IMG/VR virus record: IMGVR_UViG_3300047282_000383
Coordinates: 1 to 27,868 of that record
DNA: 27,868 bases
Direction: 5' to 3' (one strand)
Source: a virus
Lineage: Duplodnaviria > Caudoviricetes
A program made the position numbers and the translations under genes. Below the pieces are notes generated by a model, which was not told the origin of the DNA, ran no database searches, and saw only the letters and a program-made list of their open reading frames with translations. Each line of letters starts with the position of its first letter. Positions within the stretch are counted from its first letter, which is position 1. Below are positions 16,359 to 26,400 of this stretch, piece after piece.

Positions 16359-16378
16359 GATAGGCCGGATCGCTCCGG

Positions 16379-17095
16379 CTAACGGTGCATGATGCGGACC
16401 ATCGGCTTGAGTTTAGCATACACGTCCCGGAGGACAAGTACGTCAGCCTCACAATGCTCGATGATCTTTGCGAACGCCGCTTTGTCACCATGATCTGCGT
16501 CGTCCCATGTGCGCGGATCAAGCGGTGTCTTCTTGTTCTCGACGCCGAAGTACTTGGACACATTGTCCAGGCTCTTGCGGCCGATGGCAATCGACGAACC
16601 AGTTGCCTTGTACATCAGGTCAACGTGCATGCGCGGCTCGTACGGGCGGAACCCGTGGAACAGCATGCGGGAGTTCAGTACCGGTACGTCAAAGAGCTTG
16701 GAGTTCCAGCCGACGATCACGTCGTACTTGTCCAGCTCCTCGCAGTACGCCTTCACCAGTGCGCTGTCATCAAGCCAGTCATTGCCCGGATGGGTGTCGT
16801 GGCTGAGTGTCGTCACTCGACCGAGGCTGTCAGCGATAGAACCGCAGAGCATGCGGCGCCAGTTGCTGAACGTCGTCTCGATGTCGAAGAACGCAATGTC
16901 AACCCCGACGAACTCCGGACTCTTGGTCGGCGCCACTGCCGGACGACGCTGGTCGCTGATCGACTCCTCGACGTACCGCTTGTGGAACTTCTGGACCTGG
17001 TCCTTGCTCATGTTCAGCATGCTGCCAATCTTGGTGAAAGACAGCCCCTGCTCTTTGAGCGAGCCGACTCGCTCTACGAGATTTGCCTTCGCCAT
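16379..17095 (-). CDS. DEDD/RNase H-like 3'-5' exonuclease with N-terminal HTH
   Basis: FFDIET, GWNSKLFDVPVL, HCEADV motifs; GLSFTKIGSMLNMSKDQV HTH. Confidence 0.88.
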   Translation of the reverse strand: MAKANLVERVGSLKEQGLSFTKIGSMLNMSKDQVQKFHKRYVEESISDQRRPAVAPTKSPEFVGVDIAFFDIETTFSNWRRMLCGSIADSLGRVTTLSHDTHPGNDWLDDSALVKAYCEELDKYDVIVGWNSKLFDVPVLNSRMLFHGFRPYEPRMHVDLMYKATGSSIAIGRKSLDNVSKYFGVENKKTPLDPRTWDDADHGDKAAFAKIIEHCEADVLVLRDVYAKLKPMVRIMHR

Positions 17096-17135
17096 TTGTT
17101 ACTCCTATGCTACGCAGGAAGTCCCTGCTGACCCC

Positions 17136-17163
17136 ACCATAGCACAGGAAACGCCAGGGTCAA
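17136..17163 (-). promoter_or_regulatory. Sigma70-like promoter for the DNA-metabolism block
   Basis: Minus strand TTGACC-N16-TATGGT with extended TG, 40 nt upstream of ATG 17095. Confidence 0.6.
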
Positions 17164-17171
17164 TGCGTAAC

Positions 17172-19961
17172 CTACTGTTTCATGGCGGCGAAGTACTTGC
17201 CGTTCATCAGCTGCAGTGTTACATCCTCGGCGCCGTCAACCGGCGATTTATATGTTACACCTGAGATTATATATATACCAGCTAATATATTACCAGATAG
17301 GCTGTTATTAATATTAATATTATCCCGTCTAATATAGACCCTAACAGCATCTCCAAGAAAGAAATCTTTGAAGGGATTCAACCTGTCACGTTCGATTTGG
17401 ATGCTCAGCTCTGCCGCAACGGTGAAATCCACCCTCTGCTCCAGCAGGCGCTGCGCACCCTTGCTGGCCTCGTCCGAGTCAAGGAACCCTGCCTGCCCGG
17501 TCAGGATTGGGGCAAGACCATACTCCCTCTGCGATGCCTCGTCCTTTGCGGTAGAGCCTTGCAAACGAACGCCGCTCATGGCAGTATACGCCCCCGACAG
17601 GAAGGGGGTCGAAGAGATGATTCGCACGTTGTTCTTGACACGACGGCCGTCAGAGTTGTACCGGAACTCTCCGATGACGCCAGGGTATTCGAGTGTAAGC
17701 ACTGCCGTGTTGCTCATCGTCGGGTTGACGAAGAGCTTGCTTGCGTCAGCCGGATTACCGTTTGCCTTCCGGATGCCGACGAAGTTGAAGACACACCTAG
17801 CCGGCAGGTCGGTGCCGTCGATGTTGATGGTGTCGTTGGTGGCCATCTGTTTGTCTGCCATGTTCCTCAGGAAGTCGGTGACATTCTCTCCGGTGGTGAA
17901 GTACCTGAGTGTATTTGTCGGCCAGCTACCGGCAACGTTCTCGATGCTTGCCCAGTTCAGGCGCCCGACCTCAGTCCCGTCGGACAGTGCCTTCTGGTCG
18001 AATGCGCCCTCATCGGCAGTGAGCAGGTACCGGTCGAAGATGTCTTCGAGCGTCTCTGTTCGCAAAGACAGTGGCGACTTGTCCTGGTTGTACGGCGCAG
18101 CCACGCCACTCTTCAGGCCGTGGTCGCTGCTGTCGTTTACCACCGCCGTAGCAACAGCGGTGAACTCGTACGACTGGCCGTCGGACAGGATTGGCAACTT
18201 GTACTGGGCTGTGGTCGGAACTGCGTACCGTGTCAGGCCGCCGACAACTGCGGCGCTTACTGTGTAGTCTACGCTGCTGTCGGTAGACGGAGCGGCAGGA
18301 GGGTCTAGCTTGACATTGGCCGTGCCGGTCTTGTAGATCTCTACCCAGAATGGGAACTCAAGAGAGCGCCACGTGTTCGACGTTACCATGGAGTATCCGT
18401 CGGCTGTGTTGCTTGCCTTCCACAGGTAGAACGAACACACCTCTCCACCGGGGGAAGCAGAGATGCTGACAGATAGATCGCGCAACTTGAAGTCTGCTAG
18501 CAGGTTGTTGTTGTTGACATAGTCGAACCAGTCATTGTCTGCGCCGGATGTTCCCAGCTGCTTGGCTCGCTCAACTCGAACAACTCCAGACAGGATATAC
18601 TTCTCGTTTGCCTCGTCGTACCGGCACATGAACCGGTTGATGATCGTAGGTGCTGTGGTGTTGTCGAACGTCGTTCCATTCGGGTAGAAGTCCTGGCCTG
18701 GCCAGTAGTTTCCGCTGGCCATTGCAGAGCTGGTCTTGTCAAGGAAGTACACGTTGATGGGCGTGCGGCTGGCCAGTGCAGTGGTGCTGCTATTGCTGGC
18801 CAGGGAAGCCTCTCGGCCGGTGATGCGGGTAACCTCAAGCCACTTCTTGGTCTCTTCCTTGTACTTGAACAGGCCATCAGGATCGGTGTCGGTGGACGAA
18901 GTGGTGTCGGTCTCGTACTCGATGTAAAGCTTAGGGCGCTTTGAGGTGGTGGCGTACTTGGAACCGAAGAACTCAAGCCCCCGACCTACGGTCTGCTCTG
19001 CGGAGTTCTTCAGGCGGATGCCGTAGTTGGTGCTTCCGCTCTTCCATGACTGTACAATCTCAGTGATGTCGACCTCGTACAAGGCGTTGTTGCTGATGCC
19101 GGTAAACGCCTTGGTGATTACAGTTCCAGTCACGTTGGCATTGACAGACGTCCAGTCGCATGCCGCAGTACTGGAGTTAGAGTAAAACCCTTCTGTGCCT
19201 GTGGTGCTGTCTGCTGTCCAGTCCTCAGTGGTCATGCGCTGGATCTGCAGGTTGCGAGAGGTAGACGATGTCTTGCTGACGTGGCCGTAGGTGCTGCCGT
19301 ACAGGCGTAGAACGGCCTTTGTAATGCGCGTGCTTGCAGCCCAGTTGGCGTTGGTGGTCAGGTCAAAGCGAAGACCGCCCCGGATCGTGTACGTAGTTGT
19401 GCTGCTGATTGCACCAAGGGCAAGATGCTCCTCCTCATCGTGCGAGTTCCAGTCAGACGTGACGGTAGAAAGGTCTGCCGTGTTGGCAATTGTCGTGAAC
19501 GACCTGCCGACCCCGGCCGTAGCCATGTCCAGCGTGAAGTTGCCTACCTCAGTGGTGGTAGTAGAACCACCAGAACCGTAGACAAGGGGACTTGTCGCAT
19601 CGATTGCGGCGCCGAGAACCTTGGTGTAGTGCGTGTTCATGATGCCCATGTAGTCAGACCCGGTGAAGACGATCTCGTCTCGTGTGATATCTGCGCTCAT
19701 AAGCAAACCGGCCCCTACCAAATCGTAGGAGCCGGTGTCATGATTGAGTCGCTCGATCTTGTAGTGCCGCTTCAGGGGAATGAACTGGTCGATCTCAGGG
19801 TGATTGATAGGCAGCGTCCAGAAGGCGCTGCCTTCGTCGTTTGCAAGCACCTCAGAGCCAACGTTCTTAGCGTCGTAGACAATAGCAACTTCAGCACCAG
19901 GCCCCCTATTGGTGCCAATATCGAACAGGCGCACTCGCGTGTGCGTTACGCCAATTGTCAT
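17172..19961 (-). CDS. Tail tip/hub (Tal-like) protein with inserted DNRLRE-type domain
   Basis: Hub-like N-terminus (GSAFWTLP..RHYKIER) and C-terminus (YGL..DFFLGDAVRV..ISGVTY); LRFDL..KAVLRLY..DITEIVQSW..NYGIRLK..RPKLYIEY at about 18915-19440. Confidence 0.75.
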   Translation of the reverse strand: MTIGVTHTRVRLFDIGTNRGPGAEVAIVYDAKNVGSEVLANDEGSAFWTLPINHPEIDQFIPLKRHYKIERLNHDTGSYDLVGAGLLMSADITRDEIVFTGSDYMGIMNTHYTKVLGAAIDATSPLVYGSGGSTTTTEVGNFTLDMATAGVGRSFTTIANTADLSTVTSDWNSHDEEEHLALGAISSTTTYTIRGGLRFDLTTNANWAASTRITKAVLRLYGSTYGHVSKTSSTSRNLQIQRMTTEDWTADSTTGTEGFYSNSSTAACDWTSVNANVTGTVITKAFTGISNNALYEVDITEIVQSWKSGSTNYGIRLKNSAEQTVGRGLEFFGSKYATTSKRPKLYIEYETDTTSSTDTDPDGLFKYKEETKKWLEVTRITGREASLASNSSTTALASRTPINVYFLDKTSSAMASGNYWPGQDFYPNGTTFDNTTAPTIINRFMCRYDEANEKYILSGVVRVERAKQLGTSGADNDWFDYVNNNNLLADFKLRDLSVSISASPGGEVCSFYLWKASNTADGYSMVTSNTWRSLEFPFWVEIYKTGTANVKLDPPAAPSTDSSVDYTVSAAVVGGLTRYAVPTTAQYKLPILSDGQSYEFTAVATAVVNDSSDHGLKSGVAAPYNQDKSPLSLRTETLEDIFDRYLLTADEGAFDQKALSDGTEVGRLNWASIENVAGSWPTNTLRYFTTGENVTDFLRNMADKQMATNDTINIDGTDLPARCVFNFVGIRKANGNPADASKLFVNPTMSNTAVLTLEYPGVIGEFRYNSDGRRVKNNVRIISSTPFLSGAYTAMSGVRLQGSTAKDEASQREYGLAPILTGQAGFLDSDEASKGAQRLLEQRVDFTVAAELSIQIERDRLNPFKDFFLGDAVRVYIRRDNININNSLSGNILAGIYIISGVTYKSPVDGAEDVTLQLMNGKYFAAMKQ

Positions 19962-20791
19962 AGCCAGCTCTCGTAGAAGCTAACGGTCAGGCTGTTTGCG
20001 TTTGCTGTGTAAGAAGTATCACCTGGATAGACCTGGAAGTCCCCTGTCGTGCCGAGGTGGTCGATGCGGCAGTTTGTAAGCACCATCTTGTCCAGCTCTG
20101 CGGTGAATGAACCTGTGGCTGTTGGCACGATCTTGATCGTGCTGGACTTTCCACCGGAAGACCACGTCACCTCTACCGGCGTGTCTGCGGTGCCAGTCCC
20201 AGTGACGATTGCATAGGCAGGCTCAGACCCACGGTTAGTGGACCCGACAGTCCGAAGTGATGTGTGCTTCTTGTGCGGGTCAGGTGCGATGAGGGGGATG
20301 GTAACGCGCTGCGAAAAGCCGCCGGTCTCCATGCCAACTGACATGGTCCTATTGGCGGTGAACTGGATCAGTCCGGATGGACGAACGCCCATCTCAAGTT
20401 CGATACCGTACGGGAAGTCTGCACCCTGGGTTCGAGTGGGCTGGTAGAAGCGCATTGGGCGGATGCCGTACGTGGTAACCCAGGAGTTTGGCATCGGAGA
20501 CAGGGCCTTGGCCAGCGTGTCGATCTGATCCCAGAAGTCACCCAGTGTCTCACCGTACACCGAGACAAGGAGCTGGATCTGGCGTGCGCCAAGGAATGGC
20601 TCAGTGTAGTCAACGCCGTCTCGCAAGGCACGCTGGTCCAGGTATCCGCGCACAGCAGACGCCTCGTACCCTGCCTGCTCCAGCTTGAAGCCGGTGATAG
20701 GCTTAGGCCCCCGCTGTGTGCCGGACAGGTTATTGATGTCGACGTACTCTGTCGACGACGTGTAGATCTTTACAGGCTTAGTGAAATCCAT
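19958..20791 (-). CDS. Distal-tail (Dit)-like protein
   Basis: RDG..FLGARQIQL..IPLIAPDP..NRGS..F..YPG..FYESWL pattern; immediately upstream of the Tal-like gene. Confidence 0.65.
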   Translation of the reverse strand: MDFTKPVKIYTSSTEYVDINNLSGTQRGPKPITGFKLEQAGYEASAVRGYLDQRALRDGVDYTEPFLGARQIQLLVSVYGETLGDFWDQIDTLAKALSPMPNSWVTTYGIRPMRFYQPTRTQGADFPYGIELEMGVRPSGLIQFTANRTMSVGMETGGFSQRVTIPLIAPDPHKKHTSLRTVGSTNRGSEPAYAIVTGTGTADTPVEVTWSSGGKSSTIKIVPTATGSFTAELDKMVLTNCRIDHLGTTGDFQVYPGDTSYTANANSLTVSFYESWL

Positions 20792-21456
20792 CAGCCCACC
20801 TTCTTGAGCTTACGGAGCCTCCCGATCAAACGCTCGTAGCGGCCCCGTGCTACGGTGTAAATCTGGTTGGCAGCCGGGACTGTGACGTCGCTGTTGCCAG
20901 GATTGACCTGCCACTGCTGGAACATTGACCGGTCGGTGAGAAGCTTGTACATGCCCTCTGACTGGACGTAGTATCGAACAGCCTGCTCTGCGTCAGCATC
21001 GAGCGTGTCTACAGTCCAGTTGCCGTAGCCCATGATGCGCAGGTGGCTGGTAAGGCTGTTGAATCGGCTGGGCTGCAGGTACACCAGCCCGGCGTGGATC
21101 TCCCATCCGCCGGCCGGACCTTCGCCCATGCTGGGATCGAGCCGGTCTACAAGGTCGTACCACTCACGGATTGGGCTGACGGTGGTATCGATGCGGTAGT
21201 CCAAGCAATCAATGCGATAGATCGTATCGAATCCGGTAGGTAGAGAGATGGATGTGCTGTGCTTACTTGAGAATTCCTGTGGGATCGCCACGATTGTGGA
21301 GAGTTCTCGTGGATATGCACGCGACACTTCGGCAAGCGCAAGGTCGACAAGGTCAACAAGCTCCTGGTTTGTGAAGGCGCGGTCGTACCCATCGGACGTG
21401 CCGGTATCCCGCAGGTCACGCCGAAGCTTTGCTACCAGTGTGTCGATTGCTGCCAT
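20791..21456 (-). CDS. Head-tail adaptor/connector-like protein
   Basis: LRRDLRD..FTNQELVDLVDLAL N-terminus; directly after the capsid gene. Confidence 0.6.
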   Translation of the reverse strand: MAAIDTLVAKLRRDLRDTGTSDGYDRAFTNQELVDLVDLALAEVSRAYPRELSTIVAIPQEFSSKHSTSISLPTGFDTIYRIDCLDYRIDTTVSPIREWYDLVDRLDPSMGEGPAGGWEIHAGLVYLQPSRFNSLTSHLRIMGYGNWTVDTLDADAEQAVRYYVQSEGMYKLLTDRSMFQQWQVNPGNSDVTVPAANQIYTVARGRYERLIGRLRKLKKVG

Positions 21457-21477
21457 TATGTCTCCTCTTGGGGCGGC

Positions 21478-21509
21478 CCCCCCAGCCGGTCATAACTCCG
21501 ACTGGGGGG
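21478..21509 (-). terminator. Post-capsid hairpin (weak terminator or mRNA stabiliser)
   Basis: Minus strand CCCCCCAGTCGG-AGTTATGA-CCGGCTGGGGGG; G-U pair works only on the minus strand; no U-tract. Confidence 0.5.
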
Positions 21510-21523
21510 TGGCGCCTTACCTA

Positions 21524-22840
21524 TTACAAGGCGGTTGCGCGGGTCTCAAGGCGCAGGTAGCGGACCTGGCCGAGGGACGTCTGCGGAACAACGTTGGTCA
21601 CAACGCCGTCGCTGACCGCGGTCGAGCTGACGTTCGACGCCGTCTTGGCGAACGAGATCGTCGTGCTCGTCACAGCAGTCACAACCTGAGTGCCGTTGAA
21701 GGTCGAATCAACACCAGAGACCTTGATCGTCTCGCCAACGAAGATACCGTGAGCAGCGCTCGTGGTGATCGTCGCAACGTTCGACGTAAGGGCCTTGTTG
21801 GTGATGACCGCAGCCTTGTCGCGGCCGCTGTACTCGCTGACAGCAGCCTCGCCCATGATCATCGCGCCAAAGCGGAGCTTGTAGCCGATGAGAGCGCGCT
21901 GGCTGAGCGGGTCAGTGTGATCGCCGCCCGGGGCAACGAAGTACGTCTGCATCGTCTGCGAGTCGCCGACGACGAACGCGTCAGGACCGAAGAAGAGGGC
22001 CGAGTAAATCGTCACGCCGTCCTGGGTGAACGTCTTCGCGTCGTTAGCGACGAGGAAGCGAACGCCCGAGTAAGCGCCGATCTCACCCGACAGCATGTCG
22101 AGCGGCTGCGTGTACTTCGTGGCCTCGAGGAAACCGTGGCCCGAAACGTCAGTCAGCAAGTCGAACTGCTGGTTAGGGTGAATGATGCAGCGATAGAACC
22201 CGTCCGGGAAAGGAGGAACGTTGGCAGCCTTAAGGCGAGCAACGGCCTTCTTGACCTCAAGCCCGTTGAGCTTGTAGTCCTGACGAGCATCACCCGAACC
22301 TGCATTGTTCAGGGTGGCGGCAGCAAGAGCAGCGCGGCTGGCGACAGCCGTACCGTCAGACTGCTTGCTGGACCAGTAAACGCGGGCCGAGCCAGCGTTC
22401 ATAACATCGCGGACGATAGCGTCCATCGACTTCGCAGCGGCGAACGAAACGCGCTCCGCGGCGATGCTGACCAGGTCGTGCGGCGAGTCAAGCTGAGCAA
22501 TGTCAGAAAGGCTCGTGTACGAACCGTACTGCTTCACCGAGAAGTACTCAGTCGTCACCGACAGATTGATCGTCGGATCAGGCGTCACACCCTCGCTAAG
22601 CTCGGTCAGGCTGTGGGAAATATCCGGATAGCGCACGTAGCGAATCCGGTCGGTGCCCTTAACGAACTGCCCAGGAACATAGTTCCCCGGCACGAGGTGC
22701 ACCATGCGGCTCCGAAGCTCTGCCGCAATCTGCTGAGAAACAAGTTCCTGGACGAGCTTCTGGAAGGCATTGGCCTCAGAGCCGTTGAACGTGTTAATCT
22801 GATTGAGAGCAGGCCCGGAGAGAGTATTGGACGTAGCCAT
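21524..22840 (-). CDS. Major capsid protein (N4-gp56-like, HK97 fold) with beta-rich insertion
   Basis: LSEGVTP, VKQYGSY, IIHP, GEIGAYSGVRF, DPLSQR..GYK motifs; follows the scaffold gene. Confidence 0.9.
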   Translation of the reverse strand: MATSNTLSGPALNQINTFNGSEANAFQKLVQELVSQQIAAELRSRMVHLVPGNYVPGQFVKGTDRIRYVRYPDISHSLTELSEGVTPDPTINLSVTTEYFSVKQYGSYTSLSDIAQLDSPHDLVSIAAERVSFAAAKSMDAIVRDVMNAGSARVYWSSKQSDGTAVASRAALAAATLNNAGSGDARQDYKLNGLEVKKAVARLKAANVPPFPDGFYRCIIHPNQQFDLLTDVSGHGFLEATKYTQPLDMLSGEIGAYSGVRFLVANDAKTFTQDGVTIYSALFFGPDAFVVGDSQTMQTYFVAPGGDHTDPLSQRALIGYKLRFGAMIMGEAAVSEYSGRDKAAVITNKALTSNVATITTSAAHGIFVGETIKVSGVDSTFNGTQVVTAVTSTTISFAKTASNVSSTAVSDGVVTNVVPQTSLGQVRYLRLETRATAL

Positions 22841-22854
22841 ATACTATGGTCTCC

Positions 22855-23403
22855 TTAGATTTCCGCCCACGGATTTCCGATTGCCCGGAGGGCATCCTTG
22901 ATTCCGTCTGGCGTTAGGGTCTTCTCCTTAGCCGCGGTCCGCTTGGGACTGTTGGCATCAGAGATCTCGGGGGAACCGCCCCCGACGGCGGATTTCATGA
23001 GCTTCTCGAACTCGGCAGCACGCGCCTCCGAGTCCAGGTCCTTGACCCGCTCCGAGAAATCGAAGTAGGTTGGGTACTTGGACTTGAGTCGCTCGCGCTC
23101 AAACTCAGCTCGGGTGTTTTCCAACTCCCGCTCAAGGTCTTTTGCACGTCGCTCCGCCTTCTCGAACTCTGACAGGTTGGCCTCCTCTTGGGCGGCCTTC
23201 CACTTTGCCAGCTCTTCGTACTTGGCCCGGAACTCCTCGGCTGCCTTCTTTGCCGTTGTGAGTGCCTGGTCCTTTCCTGCAAGACGACGCTTCCAAGTGG
23301 CAATGTCTTCCTCCGGCTCAGTGGCCTGCGGGTCCGGAGCGGGCTGCTCCACCGCTGGCGACTGATCCTTGGTCGCATCTGCGACTTGATCTAGCTCGGC
23401 CAT
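22855..23403 (-). CDS. Capsid scaffolding protein
   Basis: Acidic Pro-rich N-terminus, coiled coil with LSEFEKA, immediately upstream of the capsid gene. Confidence 0.75.
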   Translation of the reverse strand: MAELDQVADATKDQSPAVEQPAPDPQATEPEEDIATWKRRLAGKDQALTTAKKAAEEFRAKYEELAKWKAAQEEANLSEFEKAERRAKDLERELENTRAEFERERLKSKYPTYFDFSERVKDLDSEARAAEFEKLMKSAVGGGSPEISDANSPKRTAAKEKTLTPDGIKDALRAIGNPWAEI

Positions 23404-23445
23404 GCTTGGCTCTCCTTTTGCTACTACCGACAGGAACTTCCTGTC

Positions 23446-26400
23446 TTATCTTAGTGTCGTGATTATGTTCTGATCCTCTTGCTGCTTGCGCTTATCCGGA
23501 GGAGTCAGAAGCTCTTGGATTGCTGTGAGTGTGGTCTTCCCTGCGCCAAGGACGCCGGTGTCAGTTACTGCCTTGCCCACCTCTCCGAACATGTTGGCAG
23601 CCGTCAACTGGTCGTAGCCCTGGCGAGATACAGTGGAGATCGAGCGCCGCAGCCACCCAGGAACGCCCACGCTGATGTCGTCAGGGTGGCCAGGGATCAA
23701 CTGAGACAGGAGGAAGAGATAGTCGGGTCGCTGGATTCCCTGCTCCTCAAAGTTAGGGGCAAAGCCTTCGCGTCCGAGGTACTCTGTGATCTTGCTGTAT
23801 GCCTGGTACCCTGCGCCAGGAGCAATCGCACCGAACGGTCGCCAGAACAGGAACCGAGTTGCCTCCGGAAGGACCTTGCCGAACATGTAGGATAGCGGGT
23901 AGAGGCCAAGGAACTGATGGTTCATCGTTCGCTCAAGTACGCCGCGGTCAGGGTTGAAGTAGTTGACCTTGTCCATCTGGCGTGCCGCCTCCTGATATCG
24001 ATAGGCGGTGGCCCTGAACATGGCCTCTTGTGCGCCGTGATCCTCGATCATCCGGATTGCCGAGTCGTTCAGGATCTTGGCAACCCGTCGTGTCTGCACT
24101 CGAAGCGCAGTATCGTCGGCCTGCATCAGGTTCTTGACTACGTTGCGGATCTGCTCCTGCGCCTGGGCCTGTGACATGTTGAACAGTGAGTTGCCACCTG
24201 CGCGCTGGAAGACCTCTTCGACAACGCCGCCAAGCATCCGGAACTTCATCCCATACCGGCGACCCTGGGCCAGTGCGCCCATAACGCCGTCGAACTTCTC
24301 AAGGCTGGTCATCTCCGGAGAGAACGCACCGTAAAGCTCGCGCACGATTACCTCGTCTGTCTGCGAGCGCACGGCCTGCATGCCGAGGCCCTCGACGACT
24401 TCCTTCTTGAGGGCGGTTACCTCTTGGTTGAGCACCTTGTAGGAATCAGAGGCCTTAATGTTTTCTACACCATAGCTTGGCAAATCCTGCTTTACGCGGC
24501 GGGCTGCGTCCTCAAGTGAGGAGAAGCGCTGCTCAAGCCTGGTCACGTCGTATCCGGCTGCGCGTGCCTCGTCAAGGATATTGATCCTGGCGAGCCGTAG
24601 GAAGTCTCGCGGCCTACCGGTAGCGAGAAGGCTAAGGCCCTCTGCCGATTCACTGAACGGGACGAATACCTCTGCAGATGCTCGGACACGTCCAAGCCCC
24701 GCAGAAGATGGCCGGACTGCGAACCCGTAGCCTGGCGGCGTCAGGCCGCCAAGAGCCTCTGTGCCCCAGCCAAGGTCGACCGCACGCCGGTGTTCACCAA
24801 GATACCCTAGAAGCTGGTCTAGTTCGTCTGTCCCGTAGCGCTCAGTAAGCCTTAGGAACTGGTCAGGCTGAGTCTTGGCAATGTGCCTCGACCAACCCTC
24901 GGCGGTCTCACGCATGGCCATCATGTCGCGGTGCGCTTCCTTGAATTCGGCGATGTCATCAAGGGTGCTGCGTGTACCGGATCGCAGGCGGCGGATCATG
25001 CCTACGACAGACTCGCTCTCGAGACCAGCCCTGAGCGTAGTGGGGATACCGCTGCGGCTAGCCACCATCGTGCCGAATGCAGCTTCGTGCAGGTTGCGAG
25101 CCACTGCCGAGCCACGCTCGCCCAGCATGTTGCGAACTGCTTGTGCGTCTGCAACCTTCTTGAAGCCACCCTTACCGTCCGGCACGTTCTTGGAGAATCC
25201 GGCCCGGATGAGCGACTCCTCCATCTCTGCACGCCGGAGGCCGCGGGCCTCGCCGAAGAACGGAGACTCGATTATTTCCTGCGCCCAGAAGAGTGGGTTG
25301 TACGAGTACTTGAGTGTCGGGTAGAAGTTTTCGGTCAGCTTGGCAATGGCCTTTCCGGCTCCAATGCCAGGCAGTCCGTTGGCCTTGATCTGGCCGGTAA
25401 TCCACTGCGTAACGCCTGACGTGCTGACATCGCCAGCATATGCACGAAGCACTGCCGTGTCAATATCCAAGCGAGGATTTCCGTCGCGCACTGCAGTGGC
25501 AATGCGTCGAGCGAGATCGTCACCATTGCTGAGTTCGCGGATCGCAGCATCGGCTGCGTTGTAGATATCAGACTTACCATTGAATGCGCTGACCAGTCCG
25601 CGAACGCCGATGCGCTGCTCTGCAGCAAGCTCGTTGATCTTCGAGTCGAACAGCACGATCTCGTCAGGGGTCATGTATGGAGCCAGACTGGAGATCATCT
25701 TCTGCCGCGCTCGGCCTGTGATCTCTGACTGGTATACCGGTGCGAACATGCGCCGGAGAGTACCGCCGAAGAACCCGACCACTGGCTTGTTGGCAAGATC
25801 GCGGAACCCGTCGATGAAGTCTGACGTGATGTCCACGTACGGAGTGGCAACGTTAATGGTAACGCGCTTGATCTGTCCCGCTGCGTCACGTACAGACATT
25901 GTTGAAGGAACATTGATGATGCCGGACTCTGGCGCAATCCCCAGGCGATAGCCTGCAGCACGGACAGACTTGTCCAGTGCATCGATGTCGTCAGCACTGC
26001 CGCCAGCAGCCTGCCAGAGTTGGCGGAGCTGCGCAAGGTCTGCCTCCTTGGCGGCAGTGAATGCGGCATCGTTCTGCATCGCTGATTCAAGCAGCCCCCT
26101 GATCTGCGAAGGAGCTGCGGCCCCTCCGGCGCTGGCGTACTCAAGGTTGCGGACGTCTGCAAACTGCAGGCCGGCATGTCGGCCCCAGACCGCATGGCGC
26201 TTGCTGATGGCTGCCGCAGTGTCCTCGTTTGCGCCCTTACGAAGGATGGTCGAGATCTCGCCGGTAAACTCAGCCGGAAGGTTGAGTGCGCCGATCTCCT
26301 CTGCAGTGACATCCATGCGCTTAAGCATCTCGTGAGCCTGCGCCCACTTTGATACCTCTGTGTCGATAAGGCTATCGCCGCGGAGGATGGTGATGCGCGA

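Noticed and set aside
16385-18308. Plus-strand ORFs 16385-17131, 16509-17264, 17368-18267 and 17397-18308
   Set aside because: Antisense to well-supported exonuclease and tail genes; expected from GC-rich codon bias.
21248-22858. 536-aa plus-strand ORF
   Set aside because: Antisense shadow of the major capsid gene; no recognisable motifs.
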